Source: Alphaproteobacteria bacterium
GTDB taxonomy: Bacteria > Pseudomonadota > Alphaproteobacteria > SHVR01
Direction: 5' to 3'
Assembly (NCBI GenBank): GCA_009694185.1
Contig: SHVR01000004.1
Span: forward strand, 1,933-65,932
Length of the DNA: 64,000 bases
In this document: piece after piece, positions 57,525-64,000 of the stretch
How positions within the stretch are numbered: the stretch's first letter is position 1
How the letters are laid out: the number at the start of each line of letters is the position of its first letter
The notes under the pieces: generated by a model
Seen by the model: only the letters and a program-made list of their open reading frames with translations
The model's database searches: none
Told to the model about the DNA's origin: nothing
Position numbers and translations under genes: made by a program

Positions 57525-59039
57525 TCAAGTCTCTTTCGTGCTCTCCTTGATGAGGGCGCCCACGGCGCTGGAGCGCCGCTTCAAGACCCAGGTCAGGGCG
57601 AGCACCAGGATCGCCGCCACAATGAGCGCCAGCGCGATCGGCCGTTGCAGGAAGATAAGCGGCGTGCCCGCGAGCGCGATCGACTGGCGGAGCGACTGCT
57701 CGAAGAGGGGCCCGAGCAGAAGCCCGAGCACCAGGGGTGCGAGCGGCAGCGAGAGACGGCGCATGGCATAGCCGATCAGGCCGAACAGGATTGCGATCCA
57801 GACATCGAACAGCGTGTTGCGCGGCGCGTAGGCGCCGACCAGGCAGATCGCGAGCACCACGGGCCCGAGCACCCCATAGGGCACCCGGCTGATGCGCGCC
57901 CAGAAGCCCACCAGCGGCAAATTGAGGACGAGGAGCGCGGTGTTGGCGGTCAGCATGCTGCCGATCACGGTCCAGGTCAGCACCGCCTGCTGCTGAAAGA
58001 GCATCGGGCCGGGTGTGAGCCCGTTGATCAGCAGCGTGCCAAGCAGGATGGCCAGCGCCGGGCTGGTCGGAATGCCGAGCGCCAACAGCGGAATGAAGCC
58101 CGCCATGGCGGTCGCGTTATTGGCGGCCTCGGGCGCCGCCACGCCCTCGATCATGCCGCTGCCGAAGCGTTCCGGCGTCTTCGACAGGCGCTTCTCCACG
58201 TCATAGGCGAGATAGGCGGTGAGCGCCGGCAGCATGCCCGGCAAGAGGCCGAGCACGAAGCCGAGCACGGTGCCGCGCACCGAGGCGGCAAGCCCGCGCG
58301 TCAATTCGACGCCGCGCGGAATCATGGCGTACCAGCGGCCGAGCTTGCCGCCATAGATCTGGTGCACATTCTCGCGCAAGCTCGTCAGCACCTCGGCGAT
58401 GCCGAAGACGCCGACCAGCACCGGCACGATATCGAAGCCGCGCATCAGCGTCATGGTGCCGAAATTCAGGCGTTGGGTCCCGGTCAGCGGATCGGTGCCG
58501 ACGCACGCCAGCCACATGCCGAACAGCGCGACCGCCACGCCCGCCAAGAGCGACGGACCGGCGAAGCTCACCAACGCCGTCATGCTGAACAACACCAGGG
58601 CGAAATATTCGGCCGGCCCGAAATGCAAGGCGAGGTCGGCAACCTTCGGGCCGATGACGGCGATCACCAGCGTGCCGAGGATACCCGCCATGAACGACCC
58701 GATCGCCGCGATGGCCAAGGCCTCGCCCGCGCGCCCCGCCTTGGTCATGGCGAAGCCGTCGACGGCCGTGATCACCGACGACACCTCGCCCGGCACGTTC
58801 ATGAGAATGGCGGTGGTGGAGCCGCCATACATGGCGCCGTAATAGATGCCCGCCATGATGATGATGGCGCCCTCGGGCGGCAGATAGAGGACCATGGGTA
58901 AGAGGATCGCCATGGCCGAGGCGGGCCCAAGTCCGGGCAGGATGCCAACCAGCGTGCCCAAGAGGCAGCCGATCAACGCAAAGCCGAGATTGGCAAGCGT
59001 CAGCGCATTGAGCAGGCCGCCGATGATGCCGGCATCCAT
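57525..59039 (-). CDS. Tripartite tricarboxylate transporter permease TctA family
   Basis: Large polytopic protein with the G.L.G.LPGLGP motif. Confidence 0.88.
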   Translation of the reverse strand: MDAGIIGGLLNALTLANLGFALIGCLLGTLVGILPGLGPASAMAILLPMVLYLPPEGAIIIMAGIYYGAMYGGSTTAILMNVPGEVSSVITAVDGFAMTKAGRAGEALAIAAIGSFMAGILGTLVIAVIGPKVADLALHFGPAEYFALVLFSMTALVSFAGPSLLAGVAVALFGMWLACVGTDPLTGTQRLNFGTMTLMRGFDIVPVLVGVFGIAEVLTSLRENVHQIYGGKLGRWYAMIPRGVELTRGLAASVRGTVLGFVLGLLPGMLPALTAYLAYDVEKRLSKTPERFGSGMIEGVAAPEAANNATAMAGFIPLLALGIPTSPALAILLGTLLINGLTPGPMLFQQQAVLTWTVIGSMLTANTALLVLNLPLVGFWARISRVPYGVLGPVVLAICLVGAYAPRNTLFDVWIAILFGLIGYAMRRLSLPLAPLVLGLLLGPLFEQSLRQSIALAGTPLIFLQRPIALALIVAAILVLALTWVLKRRSSAVGALIKESTKET

Positions 59040-59139
59040 GGGGCATTCCGTTTTCGGGAAACTCTGGGCAATATCGACGATTAGACCGGCGAGGGCTAGC
59101 GCGAACGCCGGGCGCGCCGGTGCAACCAAGGAAGCGGTC

Positions 59140-59595
59140 GTGGGTCAGCGGATTCTGGGTCTTGCATTGGCGCTACTGGGATTGCTCTCGGGCTGGGATA
59201 GCTGGCGGATCACACGCGACGCGCGCGAATCGGGCAATTTCGATGCCGTGGGACCGGATCGCTATCTGCTGCTGGTCGGTTGCCTGATGATCCTGACGGG
59301 CCTGGCGATGGCCATTTGGCCGCCGCCGGCGGCGCCCATGCAACGGTCCGGCCGGCTGTGGCCGCCATCGAAGCCGGCACTCGCGACCGGCGGCCTCGTT
59401 GGTGCCGTCATCCTGATGCCGCTGGCGGGCTTCACACTGGCTTGCCTGGCGTTTTTCCTGGCGCTCTACGCCACCCTCAACCGTTGGACATGGCAGGGCG
59501 TTGCGGCGAGCGCGCTTGTCACCACGGGAATTTTCTGGATCGTTTTCGTCTGGGTCGCCGATCTCTCCCTGCCGAAGGGTCCATTCGGCTTCTGA
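59140..59595 (+). CDS. TctB-family small membrane subunit
   Basis: Four hydrophobic helices, about 151 aa. The GTG at 59140 has an AAGGAAG Shine-Dalgarno. Divergent from tctA. Confidence 0.65.
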   Translation: MGQRILGLALALLGLLSGWDSWRITRDARESGNFDAVGPDRYLLLVGCLMILTGLAMAIWPPPAAPMQRSGRLWPPSKPALATGGLVGAVILMPLAGFTLACLAFFLALYATLNRWTWQGVAASALVTTGIFWIVFVWVADLSLPKGPFGF

Positions 59596-59603
59596 ATACG
59601 GCA

Positions 59604-61283
59604 ATGGAGGCAAAATTGCGCGGACGGCAAGTGTTGATGGAAAGCCTGCTGGCGCACGGCGCCGACGTCATCTTCGGCAATCCCGGCACCACGGAAAGCC
59701 CGTTTCTCGATAGCCTGCTCGACTATACGAATGTGCGCTACATCATGGCGCTGCATGAAGGTGTGGCGCTCGGCGCGGCAAGCTTCTACGCGCAAGCGAG
59801 CGGCCGGACGGCGATCGTCAATCTGCATGTCGCACCCGGCCTCGGCAACGCCATCGGCATGATCTACGGGGCACTCAAGGCCAATTCTCCCATGATCGTG
59901 ACGGCCGGCCAGCAGGACACGCGACTGCGTCTGCGCGAGCCGCTGCTCAGCCACGATCTCGTCGCCATGGCCAAGCCCGTCACCAAGTGGAGCGTGCAGG
60001 TGGAACGGGCCGATGAAATGGCGCCCATCATCCGCCGTGCCTTCAAGATCGCCAACGATCCGCCGGCGGGCCCGGTGTTCGTGGCGCTGCCCATCGACGT
60101 CATGGAGCAGGAGACCGACATCGGTGCCGTCGCCCCCGGCCGGATGTTCGGGGCGCCGAAGCCCGACCCGGCGGGTGTGGCGGCACTGGCCGAACGGCTC
60201 GTGGCCGCCAAGCGACCGCTGTTCGTTGCCGGCGACGATATCGCGCGCGGGGGTGCCATCCGGCCGTTTCTCGCCCTCGCCGAGGCGGTGGGCGCGTCGC
60301 TCTGGGTCGAGACCCTGCGCGGCCACCTGAGTGTGCCGACCCAGCACCCCAATCTCAGGGGCTCGCTGCCCTTCGATACCGCCTTGATGCGCAAGGCCTT
60401 TGCCGATCACGATGTCGTCCTCTTGATCGGTGGGCCGTTCTTCGAGGAAATCTGGTTCGCGCCGGGCTCGCCCTTCCCCGATGGTACGGTCGTCGCCCAG
60501 ATCGAAGCCAACCACCAGCAGCTCGCCTATAACTTCCCGCTGGCGCTCGGCGTCGTGGGCGACCTCGCTTTGACCCTCGACGCGACGCTGTCGGCGGTCC
60601 GGGCCGGCCTCACCCCAGAACAGGGCATCCAGGCCCAGGCGCGCAATCTCGCACTCCGCGCCCAGAAGGACGCCGACAGCGCGGCGCAAGCAGCGCGCAT
60701 CGCCAAGAGCGCCGAACGCGAGCCCATGTCCATGGCGCGGGCCATGGCGGAGATGGCCCGTGGCCTGCCCGATGGCGCCGTCGTCGTCGACGAGTCCATT
60801 ACCGCCAATCTGGACCTCGCCCGGAGCTTCGACCTCAAGCAGCCGGGCGATTATCTGAGTGGGCGCGGTGGCGGCATCGGCCAGGGCCTGGCCGGCGCGC
60901 TCGGCGCCCAAATTGCCTATCCCGGCCGACCGGTGCTCTGCATCTCGGGCGACGGCTCGGCCATGTACAGCATCCAGGCGCTCTGGACGGCCGCCCATCA
61001 CGATCTGCCCATCGTGTTCGTCATCATGGCGAACCGGGAATACCGGGTGCTCAAGCATAATCTCGATATCTATCGCCAGCGTTTCGGGGCACTTTCCAAC
61101 CAAGGTTATCCGCAGATGGATTTGGGTGGCCCGGTGCTCGGCTTCGTCGACATGGCGCGCGGCATGGGTGTCGGGGGCAGCCTGGTGACCAAGGCCGGCG
61201 CGCTCGCCGACGCCGTCCGGCGCGCCTTCGCCTCCGGCAAACCGCACCTGATCGAGGTCGTCATCGAGGGTAAGCAAGCCTGA
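59604..61283 (+). CDS. Thiamine diphosphate-dependent enzyme (benzoylformate decarboxylase/acetolactate synthase-like)
   Basis: N-terminal GNPGTTE, ThDP motif GDGSAMY...(N), 559 aa. Confidence 0.85.
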   Translation: MEAKLRGRQVLMESLLAHGADVIFGNPGTTESPFLDSLLDYTNVRYIMALHEGVALGAASFYAQASGRTAIVNLHVAPGLGNAIGMIYGALKANSPMIVTAGQQDTRLRLREPLLSHDLVAMAKPVTKWSVQVERADEMAPIIRRAFKIANDPPAGPVFVALPIDVMEQETDIGAVAPGRMFGAPKPDPAGVAALAERLVAAKRPLFVAGDDIARGGAIRPFLALAEAVGASLWVETLRGHLSVPTQHPNLRGSLPFDTALMRKAFADHDVVLLIGGPFFEEIWFAPGSPFPDGTVVAQIEANHQQLAYNFPLALGVVGDLALTLDATLSAVRAGLTPEQGIQAQARNLALRAQKDADSAAQAARIAKSAEREPMSMARAMAEMARGLPDGAVVVDESITANLDLARSFDLKQPGDYLSGRGGGIGQGLAGALGAQIAYPGRPVLCISGDGSAMYSIQALWTAAHHDLPIVFVIMANREYRVLKHNLDIYRQRFGALSNQGYPQMDLGGPVLGFVDMARGMGVGGSLVTKAGALADAVRRAFASGKPHLIEVVIEGKQA

Positions 61284-61347
61284 TGGCGGTCACGGTTGCC
61301 TTGGTCTATGGTGCGCCGGTTATTGGCTAGGTTTACCCCCACGGACC

Positions 61348-62028
61348 ATGGCGTCGATTAGCGAGCAGACGGTCATCCCGTCGCCTCTGGAAGAAGTCTG
61401 GCCGCTCTTGAGCGACCCGGGGCTGGTGGCGGCCTGTATTCCGGGCGCGGAACTCGCGGCCGAGCAAACGGACGGGCTATGGCGCGGCAGCATCCGGATC
61501 AAGTTCGGGCCGACCGTGGCGACCTTCCGTGGCGAGGTAACCCTCAGCTACGATCACGCGGCTAGGCGCTGCACCATCGAGGGGCGCGGCATCGACCAAC
61601 GGGGCGCCTCCCGGGCGCTTGCCTCCGGCAGTGTTACGGCCAGCGGGGCCGAGACGACGACGCTCGCCGTCGACGGCACTTACTCGGTCACGGGACCGCT
61701 CGAAATGTTCGCCAACACCGGCGGCGTGCATGTGGCGCGGGCACTCCTCGGCGAATTTTCGGCCAACATGGCGCGCATGGTCGAAGAGCGCCGCGCCGCC
61801 GAAGGATCCGGCGCGGCCAGTCTCTCGGGCGCGGCGGATCCTGCGGCGCCGCGCCGCGCCGCCGAAGCGCCAACGGACCTCGCGACCGAAAGTCCCCCAT
61901 CCGCCGCCGCGCCGGCCCCGACACCAAGCCCCGCGAGAGCAACCGAGCTCAGCGCCTTCAAACTATTGTGGCAGGCTTTCCTGTCATGGCTTCGCCACCA
62001 CATTCACAAGCAAGGAACACAGCGATGA
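61348..62028 (+). CDS. SRPBCC/CoxG-family protein with low-complexity C-terminal tail
   Basis: The CoxG-like N-terminal 150 aa, then an Ala/Pro-rich linker and an amphipathic end. Confidence 0.7.
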   Translation: MASISEQTVIPSPLEEVWPLLSDPGLVAACIPGAELAAEQTDGLWRGSIRIKFGPTVATFRGEVTLSYDHAARRCTIEGRGIDQRGASRALASGSVTASGAETTTLAVDGTYSVTGPLEMFANTGGVHVARALLGEFSANMARMVEERRAAEGSGAASLSGAADPAAPRRAAEAPTDLATESPPSAAAPAPTPSPARATELSAFKLLWQAFLSWLRHHIHKQGTQR

Positions 62029-63689
62029 GCAAGCTGCAAGTTTCGGACGTCCTCGCCCGCGCCTTCGTCGCCGAAGGGGTCGAGGTGCTGTTCACCCTGA
62101 TGGGCGACGCCAATATGTATTGGTCGGCGACCATGGCGGAAATGCCGGGTATGCGCGTGATCCATGCCCGGCATGAGCATTGCGCGGTTGCCATGGCCGA
62201 CGGCTATGCGCGCGCGACCGGCAAGGTCGGTGTCGCGTCCACGACCTGCGGGCCGGGCTTTACCCAGATCATGACGGCGCTCACCATCTCGGCCAGGGCC
62301 AACGTGCCGCTGGTGGTGTTCGCGGGCGACGCGCCAATGGGCTCCGCCTGGTATCTCCAGCAGATCGACATGGCGCCCTTGGCGCTCGGCACCGGCGCGC
62401 ATTACATCGCGGTGCGCCATGTGGACCGCCTCCTCGACAATGTGCGCGAAGCCTTCCTGATCGCCCAAGTGGAACGCCGGCCGGTGGTCTTGAGCGTGCC
62501 GATGGACCTCCAGAAACAGGTCTATCCACACATGCTCGACTACAGCCCGTCCGCCGACTTGGTGCCGGCGGCGCAGCGGCCGATGGCGGACCCGGCGATG
62601 GTCGATCGGGTGGCCGACATGATCGGCGAAGCCCAACGGCCGATCATCGTCGCCGGACGCGGCGCCGTCCGCTCCGGCGCGGGGCCGGCACTCGAGGCGC
62701 TGGCCGAGCGGTCGGGGGCACTTCTCGCAACCTCGCTGCTCGCCAAGGGTTTCTTCGATGGCAACCCCTATGCCCTCGACATCGCCGGCGCGTTCGCGAG
62801 CGACTTCTCCCGCGAGCGCTTCGCCGAGGCCGACCTCGTTATCGGCGTCGGCGCCGGCCTCGGCCACTATACGACCGAGGGCGGCTATCTCTATCCGGGC
62901 GCCAAGGTGGTGCAGATCGACGTCAACCCGCGCGGTCTCTGGCAGGGCTTGCGCACGGCCGACCTGCATGTGCGCGCCGACGCCAGAAGCGCCGCCGAGG
63001 CCATTGTCGCCAAGCTCGGCGAGCGCGGCGTCAAGCGCGCCGGCTTTCGCGGCGCCGAGATAGCCAAGCAGATCGCGGCCGACGTCCCCGACGCCAAGGA
63101 ATTTCCCGTCCAATCGAACACGGTCGATCCCCGGCATGCGATCATCGAACTCGACCGCGCCATCCCGAAGGACTGGGACATCGTGGTGGGCGGCGGCCAT
63201 TACTTCAGCATCGCCATGACCCATATGCGGGGCCGCGCGGCCGAGCGCTATCACGTCGTCAATGATTTCGGCGCCATCGGCTCGGGCCTGCCGGCGGCGA
63301 TCGGCGTCGCGACCGCGCGCGGCGACGGCAAGGTGGCGTTGATCGAGGGCGACGGCAGCTTGCTGATGCATGTCCAGGAACTGGAGACCATCCGCCGCCA
63401 GGGCATCAAGATGCTGCTGACCATCATCAACGATGGCGGCTATGGCGCCGAAGTGCACAAGTTCCGTGCCCGCGGCCTCGATGCCAAGGAAGCCATGCAT
63501 GGCCGCGGCGATTTGGCGGGTGTCGCCACCGGTTTCGGCCTCAAGGGATCGACGGTCTCCCAGCTTGGCCGCTTCGACAGCCTGTTCCAGGAGCATCAGT
63601 CGTCCAACATCGCCGGCCTCTGGGATGTGCATACCGACGATTTGATCCCCTCGCGGAGCTACCGGCGCACCCATTTCGGCGAGGCATGA
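62025..63689 (+). CDS. Thiamine diphosphate-dependent enzyme (acetolactate synthase large-subunit-like)
   Basis: The ATG overlaps the coxG-like stop (ATGA). ThDP motif EGDGSLLM...NDGGYG. Confidence 0.85.
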   Translation: MSKLQVSDVLARAFVAEGVEVLFTLMGDANMYWSATMAEMPGMRVIHARHEHCAVAMADGYARATGKVGVASTTCGPGFTQIMTALTISARANVPLVVFAGDAPMGSAWYLQQIDMAPLALGTGAHYIAVRHVDRLLDNVREAFLIAQVERRPVVLSVPMDLQKQVYPHMLDYSPSADLVPAAQRPMADPAMVDRVADMIGEAQRPIIVAGRGAVRSGAGPALEALAERSGALLATSLLAKGFFDGNPYALDIAGAFASDFSRERFAEADLVIGVGAGLGHYTTEGGYLYPGAKVVQIDVNPRGLWQGLRTADLHVRADARSAAEAIVAKLGERGVKRAGFRGAEIAKQIAADVPDAKEFPVQSNTVDPRHAIIELDRAIPKDWDIVVGGGHYFSIAMTHMRGRAAERYHVVNDFGAIGSGLPAAIGVATARGDGKVALIEGDGSLLMHVQELETIRRQGIKMLLTIINDGGYGAEVHKFRARGLDAKEAMHGRGDLAGVATGFGLKGSTVSQLGRFDSLFQEHQSSNIAGLWDVHTDDLIPSRSYRRTHFGEA

Positions 63690-63724
63690 GCGAACCGACT
63701 AACCATCCGAGGGGTGGAGGCATC

Positions 63725-64000
63725 ATGACCCGATGGGTCGCACTCTTGGCGGCGCTAGTCGCGGTCGCCCTGGCACTACCGGCTTCCGCCGACACTTGGC
63801 CGACCCGGCCGGTCCGCCTGGTGGTCCCCTATCCGCCGGGCGGGCCGACCGACCTGGTCGGCCGCCTCTACGCGGCAAAGCTCGGCGAGCTATGGGGCCA
63901 GCCGGTGGTGGTGGAAAACCGCTCGGGCGCCAACGGCAATATCGCCGCGCAACTGGTGGCCAAGTCGTCGGCGGATGGCGGCACCCTCTTGCTGCACGCC
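63725..64000 (+). CDS. Bug/TctC-family substrate-binding protein, 3'-truncated by window edge
   Basis: Signal peptide, then WPTRPVRLVVPYPPGGPTD. Confidence 0.85.
   Translation, partial: MTRWVALLAALVAVALALPASADTWPTRPVRLVVPYPPGGPTDLVGRLYAAKLGELWGQPVVVENRSGANGNIAAQLVAKSSADGGTLLLHA

Overview
High-GC (by eye about two-thirds G+C) alphaproteobacterial-type chromosomal segment, almost fully coding. I saw no rRNA or tRNA genes, CRISPR arrays, transposases or integrases. Most of the window is core metabolism in conserved blocks. 1-8.3 kb holds a 5'-truncated msrP, an alcohol dehydrogenase, a CinA-like gene, threonine aldolase and the gcvT-H-PA-PB operon behind a tandem glycine riboswitch. 8.4-17 kb holds a lipoprotein, a CDGSH protein, thrB, rnhA, a peroxiredoxin, algH, a GST, an M16 peptidase, thrC and an M32 carboxypeptidase. 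17-23 kb is an aa3-type cytochrome c oxidase cluster (ctaC-ctaD-ctaB-small ORF-ctaG-ctaE-SURF1). 23-32 kb holds a TetR regulator with paired operators, tldD, a Rieske oxygenase pair, gshA, rsmE, ubiA and a methyltransferase. The more unusual part is 32-41 kb. It contains a 36-residue-periodic coiled-coil gene with a recent 216-bp tandem duplication, overlapping the start of a GAF-GAF-PAS class III cyclase gene. A 24-bp perfect AT-cored inverted repeat lies between convergent genes, followed by an ABC-F ATPase. It also contains a RapA/SNF2-type helicase cassette: an uncharacterised N-terminal module, the helicase core, and a partner protein ending in three CxxC motifs. The two reading-frame breaks in that cassette both sit on G4/C4 homopolymer runs. 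41-47 kb is a Liv-type ABC importer plus a hydrolase. 47-51.7 kb is a periplasmic copper-handling cluster (DUF2946-like, small His-rich protein, TolC-like OMP, multicopper oxidase, cupredoxin, CusF-like, a sub-threshold Tat ORF) next to a shredded P-type ATPase relic. 51.8-64 kb holds catabolic and transport genes (crotonase, msrB, flavin reductase, carboxylesterase, TauD, split tctA/C versus tctB, two ThDP enzymes, CoxG-like, a second TctC). Several gene relics (ispH N-terminus, P-type ATPase, GNAT N-terminus) point to local gene decay. Many long antisense ORFs in the track are shadow ORFs typical of GC-rich DNA and were not called.
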